Positions 17,547 to 26,397 of a stretch of DNA of 64,000 nucleotides are shown one piece after another. Position numbers and translations under genes: made by a program. The number at the start of each line of letters is the position of its first letter. The stretch's first letter is position 1. This DNA is from Nitrospirota bacterium (lineage in GTDB: Bacteria > Nitrospirota > JACRHJ01). Under the pieces are notes generated by a model that was not told the origin of the DNA, made no database searches, and was given only the letters and a program-made list of their open reading frames with translations. The stretch is from the NCBI GenBank assembly GCA_963845245.1, contig CAWJRJ010000017.1, positions 128,001 to 192,000 on the forward strand, in the 5' to 3' direction.

Positions 17547-19172
17547 TTAAAATCGCGCGACCTGGAAAAGGCCGAACGTTTCATGATCTCCTTCGACAAT
17601 TAACGGCTGTGGATTTACTATCCCGAACCCGTAAAAGTATTTCAACCGTGGGCCGTCCGTATCGGGGTCTCGGGTCATAAGGTAAACAGGGCCTGTGTGT
17701 CTGTTTAAAACATCCTTCATTTCGGACTGCATCTTCGAGTCGTCTTCTGGATTTGTAAGCAAAGACTGAAAGCGCAGAAAACGGACTCCTTTTGGAAAAA
17801 AGGGCACAATGTATGAAGGTCTCTCGAAACGCGATAAGGGCATTATGATAATAGCGTTGTCCGGGTCTTGCAGTTGCGGTATCTCTGTGCCAAAAAGGTT
17901 CTCGGTCCAGGGCCTTCTGCCCCAGTCGGGTATCCTTGTAAACAAGAGACATGCGGAAAAAAAGACTGCCAGGGCCACCGCCCTCTTCTTTTCGTTTCGG
18001 AACAGGTAAAGTACAAGTATGACAATAATAACCGGGGATAATGTTTCAAGGGGCAATGCATAGCGATAGATAAAAAACATCCGTTCCCATACGATGTATG
18101 AGCAAAAAAAGAATGCCAACAGGAACCTGTGGCTGTTGTCGGGAACTGTACGGACCTCTTCTTTTCGAGTTAACCTTCCTAGAACGTAAAGACATACGGC
18201 AATGATTGCCAGCGTAAACAGTATGGCAAGCCTTATGTCGCTGAAGCCTTTTCCTGAGAGTGCGGCTTTGTCGTTGATGAAATAATAAGGAAGTAATATC
18301 CACTTTGCTATTTCCTTCGGGAAATAGCGGTCATCATGAAAATTGTAGTTATAAAAATACGGCGACTTGAATATTTTGTTATAAAGCGGGAACAAGGGGC
18401 TTTCAAATTTCTTCCAAAGAATGTACATCCAGAATCCCGAGGAAGCCAACAAACCGGTTATGAGACCGGTAACCCAAAACGCGATCGATTTAAGACGTTC
18501 TTTCCATGCCATTGACAGGAAAACAAATGCCAGTGTAGCTCCTACTGCATATGTCGCATTTGTGAGTTTAAGGCCAGCGCCCATGCCCATGATTGTCCCT
18601 GCCGCTATCACTCTTTTGTAGTAATAGCCTGAACCTGGTTGTTGCCCCGGAACCAGAGCCCTTGAAAGGATGAGAAGCGATAGAAGGACAAATATGCCTA
18701 CTGTATTGTCGCACATGCTTGCGCCAAGCTCTGACAGGTTGAAGGGTCCGAGGAAAGCGGCAACTGCGCAGGCCACGGCTAAGGCAAGTCGAAGTCCGGG
18801 CTTCAGCCCTTCAAGAACTAAATAAGATAATGCAAAAATAATCCAGAAAGGTATGCCTTGAATGGCGCCCATGAAAAATCCTGCCCATACAGGCTTCAGG
18901 TTGGTATTAAGGAGATAATAGGGCAGGTCTATAAGAGGGTTAAAATATCCGTGTATGTTGGCCACGCCGTAGTCGAAATTCAGCCGGCCATTGAGGAAAG
19001 AATAGGCGTTATAGAAATGGTAGTTTAGCAGGTCATAATCGATGCATTTTCCAAGCTTGACGGAGATAAAGCCTGAGGCCAGAACGCCGGCGATAAAGAC
19101 CGTGATACTCGCGACAATTCCGGGTTTTGAGGTGTAATGCGCATTCGTTCTCATGCTCATAATTGGGTACAT
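17547..19172 (-). CDS. Polytopic membrane protein, probable GT-C glycosyltransferase
   Basis: About 11-13 TM helices, N-terminal DYDLLNYHFYN loop, GLKLTN, FYRYALP; start placed at ATG 19172 after GGAG. Confidence 0.6.
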   Translation of the reverse strand: MYPIMSMRTNAHYTSKPGIVASITVFIAGVLASGFISVKLGKCIDYDLLNYHFYNAYSFLNGRLNFDYGVANIHGYFNPLIDLPYYLLNTNLKPVWAGFFMGAIQGIPFWIIFALSYLVLEGLKPGLRLALAVACAVAAFLGPFNLSELGASMCDNTVGIFVLLSLLILSRALVPGQQPGSGYYYKRVIAAGTIMGMGAGLKLTNATYAVGATLAFVFLSMAWKERLKSIAFWVTGLITGLLASSGFWMYILWKKFESPLFPLYNKIFKSPYFYNYNFHDDRYFPKEIAKWILLPYYFINDKAALSGKGFSDIRLAILFTLAIIAVCLYVLGRLTRKEEVRTVPDNSHRFLLAFFFCSYIVWERMFFIYRYALPLETLSPVIIVILVLYLFRNEKKRAVALAVFFSACLLFTRIPDWGRRPWTENLFGTEIPQLQDPDNAIIIMPLSRFERPSYIVPFFPKGVRFLRFQSLLTNPEDDSKMQSEMKDVLNRHTGPVYLMTRDPDTDGPRLKYFYGFGIVNPQPLIVEGDHETFGLFQVARF

Positions 19173-19299
19173 TATCTCCGAAAGCCGATGGTATGTCAAC
19201 ACTAAATATATGTAAAGACAGGGGATGCGGTTGAAGTTAGAACTCCTCAGCTTCTTATGTGCAGTACTAAACGGGCAAAGCCGTGTAGACAATAAATAC

Positions 19300-19328
19300 T
19301 TGACATATCGCAGATAAACGCGTATATT
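19300..19328 (+). promoter_or_regulatory. Sigma70 promoter of csp
   Basis: TTGACA (19300-05), 17-nt spacer, TATATT (19323-28). Confidence 0.65.
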
Positions 19329-19488
19329 CTATTCAAGTGTTGCTGCGGCGTGATGCTGCAGCTTTTTTTATGCCTGCAATTATTTCATGCTTTTTGGGTA
19401 TTTAGTATTACTTAAGGTTTGAAACGTTTGACAGGTTTTACAATGGATGTTGCGAAAGATCGCACGCCAAAGAAAAAGGGGTATTGAA

Positions 19489-19686
19489 TTGAAGGGTACA
19501 GTTAAGTGGTTCAACGAGAGCAAGGGTTATGGTTTCATCTCACCGGAAGAAGGCAAGGACGTATTCGTGCATTTCTCCGAGATAAAGATGGAAGGCTTCA
19601 AGACCTTGAACGAAGGCCAGGAAGTACAGTTTGAAGTGACCGACGGACCGAAGGGCCCGCAGGCCGTCAACGTCATGAACGCATAA
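19489..19686 (+). CDS. cspA: Cold-shock protein (CspA family)
   Basis: [35 protein letters not shown]; probable TTG start at 19489. Confidence 0.93.
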   Translation: MKGTVKWFNESKGYGFISPEEGKDVFVHFSEIKMEGFKTLNEGQEVQFEVTDGPKGPQAVNVMNA

Positions 19687-19711
19687 TATAAAAAAAGCGC
19701 TTCAAAAATTG

Positions 19712-19745
19712 AAAGGCCCCGGAACTTCCGGGGCCTTTTTTTATT
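19712..19745. terminator. Bidirectional intrinsic terminator
   Basis: AAAGGCCCCGG-AACTT-CCGGGGCCTTTTTTT between convergent csp and the diguanylate cyclase. Confidence 0.85.
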
Positions 19746-19810
19746 GCGTCATCAGCCCAAAGAAGAGTCCCACAGACTTGGCAGCATAACTGCAAAATAG
19801 ACCGATTTAA

Positions 19811-20704
19811 TTACATGGATGGACTCCAGACTATCGTGCGGTTGCGTCCGGCGGCCTTGGCTGCATATAGCGCCTTGTCGGCGCGTTCTATCGTTTGTTC
19901 CACCGGGACTTCTGGGTCGAGAAGCGTAAGACCGAACGACACAGTAACCCCGATATTCCCTCCCTCGAAATCAACCTGGTTCCCGGATATACAGTCGCGC
20001 AGGCGCTCGATGGCCTCAAAGCCGCTATCGGGGTCCGTGTGCAGCATCGTGATTATGAACTCCTCGCCTCCGTAACGGAATATCCGGTCGTAGGGTCTTA
20101 GGTTTTCTAAGATGTTATATGTTACCGAAACCAGTACCTTGTCGCCTGCCGCATGGCCGAAGGTATCGTTTACCGCCTTGAAATGGTCAAGGTCCATCAT
20201 TGCGACGGAGCATGACTGGACGCCGCGTTTTACTAACTCCTGCAACTCACGCAATTTAGTCAGCATCCCTGTCCGGGTGTGCGCGTGGGTGAGAGAGTCC
20301 CGGTTGTAGAGCAGCTCTTCCAGTTCGCGCTTCATCGTTTGCAGTTGCAGTCGCATCGAGCAGAGGGAGTTGTTGAACTTTTCAAATTCTAAAATGTTGA
20401 TGGTAGTCCCGGAGCCTTCCAACTGGATGAGGTCTATGGCGTGCTGGTGCACGCGTTCGTGCTCCGTCCCAAGGGCGTTGAAGCCGGGATGGTCTTTGAG
20501 TTTTATCGAGGCGGTGCTGTAGTACCATTGTCCAAACAGGCATTCACGGTGAGCGTCCCTGCTGGCGTCGCGGCGGTCACAGGGCAGGTGGCAGATCAGT
20601 GTCCGGATGAGAGACTCGTGCCATTGGTTGTGGTTATATATTGCCTGATCGATCTGCGTCAGGAATGAGCGTAGTTCGTCTTGATCCAGGCGTAACATAG
20701 GCAT
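19811..20704 (-). CDS. CZB-domain diguanylate cyclase (DgcZ-like)
   Basis: CZB: H..W, HRECLFGQWYY, HERVH; GGDEF domain: DLDHFK.VND.FGH.AGD, RPYD I-site, GGEEF. Confidence 0.9.
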   Translation of the reverse strand: MPMLRLDQDELRSFLTQIDQAIYNHNQWHESLIRTLICHLPCDRRDASRDAHRECLFGQWYYSTASIKLKDHPGFNALGTEHERVHQHAIDLIQLEGSGTTINILEFEKFNNSLCSMRLQLQTMKRELEELLYNRDSLTHAHTRTGMLTKLRELQELVKRGVQSCSVAMMDLDHFKAVNDTFGHAAGDKVLVSVTYNILENLRPYDRIFRYGGEEFIITMLHTDPDSGFEAIERLRDCISGNQVDFEGGNIGVTVSFGLTLLDPEVPVEQTIERADKALYAAKAAGRNRTIVWSPSM

Positions 20705-20753
20705 AGACTCCTCTCAAATGTATAAGCTTCCAGGTCGATAACCCCCGTCGCCG

Positions 20754-23700
20754 TTATTTATCACATATGCCTTTCACCGACAAAAAGACGTCCACGATTT
20801 TCGGGTCGAAGTGAGTCCCCGCCTGCGATTTGATATGAACGCGCACTTCTTCTTCCGGGAGGGCCACGCGGTATGGACGGTCCGAGCGAAGCGCATCCCA
20901 TACGTCCACTACGGAGAATATTCTGGCTGCCAAGGGTATCTCTTCGCCCTTGAGTCCACGAGGATAACCGCTTCCGTCCCACTTTTCATGATGGCAGTAC
21001 GGGATATCCATGGCGGGGCGCAGGAACACTATTGGAGACAGGAGCTTGAAGGCAATATCAGGGTGTTTTTTTATGACGGCAAACTCATCATCCGTCAACT
21101 GTGCCTGGCTTCAGAAGTATGCCGTCCGGCACCCCCAGCTTTCCTATGTCGTGTAGCAGGGCACCGCGCCGCACATGGACCAGCTCTTCGTCGCTCATCC
21201 CGATGGCCTTGCATACCCTGACAGCCATTTCGGTAACCCGGATGCTGTGCCCCTCGGTCTCCTTGTCGCGGTAGTCGAGCGCCCGCGACCACCCCTCGAT
21301 GGTGGTGTCGTAGGCCGTAAGCAGTTCACTGTTCGAACGCTCCAGCTGCTCAAACAGTTCCGCGCTGTCCAATGCGATTGCGGCCTGGCCGGCCAGCGCC
21401 TCGGTAAACTCCAGCCATTCCATATCAGGGTCGAGCGGCGTGCGGTTGAATATCTCAAGTACACCCTTGACCTGCCCTTTGGCAATGAGCGGCACACCGA
21501 TGTAGGCTTTGAAACCCTCCTCCTCGATAAGATGCCACGGGATGATATCATCATGGTTATTGTCAATCGACGGTATAGCGATAGTTTTGCGTTCCATCGC
21601 CACACGGCCTGCGTATCCCTGTCCGAACCGTATTCTGGACAGGGTAATCCGCTTCTTGTGAAAACCATGGCCCATGGCGTATTCTAGCATCTGGTCGTGC
21701 GGGTTGAACAGCAGCACGCAGGCGGCGTCTACGTGCAATTGCTTCATGGTCTGTTCCAACAGTACATTCAGGGTAACGTGCAGGTCCAGGCTTCCTAAAA
21801 TGGCGGTATCAATCTGCCGCAGTGCGGCAAGTTTCTCAATGTCGCGCTTGACCTTGTCTTCCGACAGTATCCGATCCGTTATGTCGCGGATGTTGCACTG
21901 GATCAATCGGGCCCTGTCAACCAGATATATATCCGTATGAAGAATCTGCCCGTCCCGGGTATTGGTCAGCACATCTTCGTAGTCTATCAGCCCGGTCTTG
22001 ATCAACTCCAGGATGGTCTCGTTAAAATCCTTAATATGTGTCAAAATGCCGGCATCCTGAACTTTCTTCCCAATTAATTCTTCGCTTGAATAGCCCAGCA
22101 TTTCTGTTACGGATTTATTGACTTCAATTATTTCACCTGTCTGTTTGTTTAACAGCAACAGTCCATCCTTCGCGGTTTCAAAGAGCCGCTTGAAGCCTTC
22201 CGCCGACTCCTTAAGTTCTTCTTCGATAAGTATTCGCTCTGTGACATCCTCTATCGCAAGCAGAAGCAATTTATTGTCGATCTCTTCCGTGAGGACCTGG
22301 CGGGCATTGAGAAGCATTATCTTTCGTCCGATGGATGGAAATATGTGGTCGATCTGATAGCCGTCGAACTTGGTGTCTTTTGGGATAATTTCTTCAAGCA
22401 ATGTACGTAGACCGGGAATATCCCATTGACGGTTACCGAGGCTATAGATAAGGTTGCCTATCGTTTCCTCCGGTGTTACCTTGAATGAATCATAGAAACT
22501 AAGGTTGGCTTTGACGACTCTCAGATCTGAATCCAGCACCAGCAGGGGTTCGCGGACGGTGTTTATGATGCTCTCGGCGTATTCGCGGGCTTTGTCTTCT
22601 GATATTTTAGTAACTTCCAGTTCCTTGCGGGTTCTTTCCAGCCCATTTTCTATCTCCCTGCGTTCGGTGACGTCCTCGATGGCAAGGAGGATCAGTTGGG
22701 TACCGATTTCTTGTTGAGTGACCCGGCGGGCATTGAGCAACATGATCTTGTGCCCGATGTTTGAAAATTCATGCTCAACTTCATAGTCATCGAACTTGTT
22801 GTCTTTGGGCAGGATCTCTTCCAGCAACGTCCGAAGTTTAGGTATATCCCATTGCCGGTTTCCAAGGTCGTAGATAAGGTTGCCTATCGTTTCCTCCGGC
22901 GTGACTTTGAAGGAAACATAGAAACTACGGTTGGCGGAGAGAACCCTCAGGTCTGAATTCAGCACCAAAAGAGGTTCACGTACTGTTTCTATTATATCTT
23001 CATTGGCTCTGGTTGCCGCCTCCGCCTCAAATTGTGCCTTCTCGGCGTCGCGTGTCCGTTCCGCCAGTTCGTGTTGCAGCCTCATCTTTTCAGTGATGTC
23101 TTCGATAGCCAGGAGGATGATCCGCTCTTTTCCCAGCACTCTATGAATTTGACGGGCATTCAAGAGCATTGTGCGCCTGCCGATGGTGGCAAAATCGTGT
23201 TCAACCTTATAGTTATCAAAGGTTGCCTTTTGGGGAAGGATGGTTCCCAGCAGTTCTCGTAGCTTGGGGATATCCCACTGTTTATTCCCAAGGTCATAGA
23301 TAAGTTGTCCCACAGTCTCTTCAGGTTTTACCTTAAAGACTACGTAGAAGGATCGACTGGCGGTGACTACTCTTAAATCCTGGTCCAGGGCAATTAAGGG
23401 TTCGCGCACGGTGTTGATGATGCTCTCAGCGTATTCGCGGGCTTCATCTTCGGATATCTTGGTTATTACCAGTTCTTTGCGGGCTTTTTCAAGCCCGTTT
23501 TCTATCTCCCTGCGTTCGGTTATATCCTCGATGGCAAGGAGGATAAGCTGGTAACCTATCTCTTGTTGAGTGACCCGGCGGGCATTGAGCAGCATGATTT
23601 TGTGCCCGATGTTTGAAAATTCATGCTCAACTTCATAGTCGTCGAACTTGTTGTCTTTGGGCAGGATCTCTTCCAGTAACGTTCGAAGTTTGGGAATATC

Positions 23701-24051
23701 CCATTGCCGGTTTCCGAGGTCATATATAAGCTTGCCTATAGTTTCCTGAGGCGTGACCTTGAATGAAACATAGAAACTGCGGTTAGCTGAGATTATCTTA
23801 AGGGCGGAATCAAGCACAAGAAGAGGTTCGCGCACGGTATCAATAATGTTCTCGGCGTACGTGGCGGCAGCTTCCAGATTATGTTCCAGCTTTTTACTTG
23901 CAACACCCGTAGATTCCGCAAGTTCATTTTGCCGCACAGCGGAAAGCATCAGCTCCTGGTTCATCGCGGCGGTCTGCTGGTGGAGCCTCTGCTCTTTGGT
24001 TTTGTTGTCTTTTTTCAATTTAGTGATTATATCGTTACATAGTTTTAGCAT
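20754..24051 (-). CDS. Multi-PAS/GAF/HD-GYP c-di-GMP phosphodiesterase (frameshift near 21100)
   Basis: Four similar PAS units plus one more PAS and a GAF; ETEGHS, LLHDIGK, continuing in the 114-aa ORF with HHEKWDGSGYPRGL. Confidence 0.88.
22546..23842. repeat. Intragenic direct duplication of PAS modules (period 852 nt)
   Basis: About 22546-22990 is highly similar to about 23398-23842, e.g. the identical run TGTGCCCGATGTTTGAAAATTCATGCTCAACTTCATAGTC. Confidence 0.85.
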
Positions 24052-24151
24052 GAACCTAAGTATAGATATATGATATCATAATTTTTAATAAGTATGATGG
24101 AGATGCGGTCGAGGTATCGGATCAGGGGAACACAAAAGGGGGGCACGGAAA

Positions 24152-24182
24152 ACAAAAGAGGTTGCAGAAACCCTGCAACCTC
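24152..24182 (-). terminator. Terminator downstream of tRNA-Glu
   Basis: Minus strand GAGGTTGCAG-GGTTT-CTGCAACCTC followed by TTTTGTTTT. Confidence 0.75.
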
Positions 24183-24199
24183 CTCATCCTGCATATAAA

Positions 24200-24277
24200 T
24201 GGCGTCCCCTGGGGGATTTGAACCCCCGTCGCCGCCGTGAAAGGGCGGTGTCCTGGGCCAGGCTAGACGAAGGGGAC
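24200..24277 (-). tRNA. tRNA-Glu (TTC)
   Basis: GTCCCCT..AGGGGAC-GCCA acceptor stem, anticodon arm CCGCC-CTTTCAC-GGCGG, T-arm GGGGG-TTCAAAT-CCCCC. Confidence 0.97.
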
Positions 24278-24293
24278 GCGTTTAGAGTTGTTA

Positions 24294-24323
24294 ACTATAC
24301 AAAAATAGGACCCCGCCTGTCAA
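24294..24323 (-). promoter_or_regulatory. Sigma70 promoter of tRNA-Glu
   Basis: Minus strand TTGACA, 18-nt spacer, TATAGT. Confidence 0.6.
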
Positions 24324-24492
24324 GGCAATTTTTCTAAAATACCTTTTTTCGCTGGACATAGCCCCCAATTCAAATTATAATAATATTTCGCTTCAACCCC
24401 CCAGAAAATCAGTAGAATATACTTGAAAGGCAACCCGGAACAAAGCCAACCCCGGACAGGCCGTCGATGCATAGAGAGGAACCATCTTACTT

Positions 24493-26397
24493 ATGAAAAC
24501 AATATTCAGCACATGGGGCACGGGCGGCACACTCTCGGGCGCGCCGCCTCCGCTGCCGCAGGAGCTTCCCATCAGGGCCTTGATGGGATGGGACGGCCTG
24601 ATAATCAACGACGAGACCGTGGACATCGTGGACATGACCAGGGAGTTTGCCTCCCATTTCAGGGCGGAGTCGTGCGGCCAGTGCTTTCCGTGCCGCATGG
24701 GTTCCGAGGAGATAGCGTCGATACTTGACAGGATTTGCGACGGACGAGGGGTAGATGCGGACATCGTCAGGCTTGAAGACCTGGCCGAATACGTGCATGA
24801 GTCCGCGCGCTGCGACATAGGCCTTACCTCGCCGCACCCCATACTCGACGCCCTCAGAAGCTACTGCAACAAGTTCATCGATGCTGTAAAAAACGCAAAG
24901 CCCATACCGCGCGGCGAATATGAAGTACAGATAACCGCGCCCTGCGTAAGCGCCTGCCCTGACCGGCTGGACATACCCGGCTATGTCGAAAAGATCGGCA
25001 TGGACCAGTGGGAAGACGCCATAAAGATTGTACGCGAGACATGCTGCATGCCTGGCACTATCGGCCGTGTCTGCGTAAGGGACTGTGAGTTCAAGTGCAA
25101 GCGCGGCTCCGTCGACGAGCCGATTGCCATAAAGCACCTGAAGCGGTTTGCCGCGGACAAAGATGTAGCCGCAGGCAACCTTGCCGATACCGCTCCGCCG
25201 GCAAAAGGCGCAAGGGTGGCAATAATAGGCGCTGGCCCGGCAGGGCTTTCGTGCGCATACTACCTGGGCCTTCAGGGATATCGTTCGACGATATTCGAGG
25301 CGTTACCGGAGCCCGGAGGCATGGCCGCCGTCGGCATCCCGGACTACCGCCTGCCTAGACAGGTACTTAGGGACGAGGCTGCCCGGGTCGAGGCCGTAGG
25401 GGCCGAGATACGCTATGGCGTGAAGGTCGGAACGGACATAACGATAAAAGACATGTTGGAGAAAGAGGGATACGCCGCAGTCTTCATCGGAGCGGGCGCG
25501 CCCAACTCCTCGGCTATGGGTTGTGAGGGTGAGGATGCCGGGTATTCCGGCTATCTGCCGGGCGTGGATTTCCTTCGCCGCGTCGCCTTGGGCGACAAAC
25601 CGCTTTCGGGCAAGACGATGCTCGTTATAGGCGGCGGCAACGTGGCGATGGACTGCGTGCGCACCGCCCGCAGGCTCGGCTTTTCGGATGTGAACCTGCT
25701 GTACCGGCGTACCGAGAAGGAGATGCCCGCCGACCGCGTCGAGATAGCCGAGTCCAAGGAGGAAGGGGTCGTGTTCCATACCCTTATCTCTCCTCTCCGC
25801 ATCATCGCCGAAGACGGCAAGGTCACGGGGCTTGAGTGCGTACGCATGACGCTCGGCGCGCCCGACGTATCCGGCCGCCGCAAGCCGGTGCCGCAGGAAG
25901 GCTCTAACTTCGTAATGCACTGCGATGCCATAGTACCCGCGATAGGGCAGTCATGCGAGGTGGACACGTTCGCGCCGGAGGGCCTGAAGGTCAACCAATG
26001 GCGCACTCTGGTCACAAATCCCATCACCATGCGCACATCTATCCCGAACATTTTCGGCGGGGGCGACTGCGTTTCCGGACCAAGCACGCTTGTGTCAGCC
26101 CTGGCAGCCGGCCGCAGGGCCGCGCATTCGATAGTACAATACCTGGAAACGGGCGACTGTACCCCGGAAGGCTCGGACTGGCTAGACAGCGCGGTCTCCG
26201 CGCTCAGCAAGACCGGCCACGCGGACTATGCCCCGTTCACCGTTTTGACGCACCGCATCCACCCGCCGGTCGTGGACCCGCACACGCGGACCAATGACTT
26301 CTCGGAAGTGGAGGGAGGTCTTTCTCCCTCACAGGCCAGGAAAGAGGCAGGCCGCTGTCTGCGCTGCTACCGTATAGCCCTGGCTATACTGAAATGA
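24493..26397 (+). CDS. NAD(P)H-binding flavoprotein subunit of formate dehydrogenase (NuoF 4Fe-4S domain + GltD/SfrB-like)
   Basis: ESCGQCFPCRMG..RCDIG, APCVSACP, GRVCVRDCE, GAGPAG, GGGNVAMD, LYRRT, RCLRC. Confidence 0.85.
   Translation: MKTIFSTWGTGGTLSGAPPPLPQELPIRALMGWDGLIINDETVDIVDMTREFASHFRAESCGQCFPCRMGSEEIASILDRICDGRGVDADIVRLEDLAEYVHESARCDIGLTSPHPILDALRSYCNKFIDAVKNAKPIPRGEYEVQITAPCVSACPDRLDIPGYVEKIGMDQWEDAIKIVRETCCMPGTIGRVCVRDCEFKCKRGSVDEPIAIKHLKRFAADKDVAAGNLADTAPPAKGARVAIIGAGPAGLSCAYYLGLQGYRSTIFEALPEPGGMAAVGIPDYRLPRQVLRDEAARVEAVGAEIRYGVKVGTDITIKDMLEKEGYAAVFIGAGAPNSSAMGCEGEDAGYSGYLPGVDFLRRVALGDKPLSGKTMLVIGGGNVAMDCVRTARRLGFSDVNLLYRRTEKEMPADRVEIAESKEEGVVFHTLISPLRIIAEDGKVTGLECVRMTLGAPDVSGRRKPVPQEGSNFVMHCDAIVPAIGQSCEVDTFAPEGLKVNQWRTLVTNPITMRTSIPNIFGGGDCVSGPSTLVSALAAGRRAAHSIVQYLETGDCTPEGSDWLDSAVSALSKTGHADYAPFTVLTHRIHPPVVDPHTRTNDFSEVEGGLSPSQARKEAGRCLRCYRIALAILK

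Noticed and set aside
19750..24277. Genomic island integrated at tRNA-Glu
   Set aside because: No integrase and no duplicated tRNA 3' end (att site) were found by eye.
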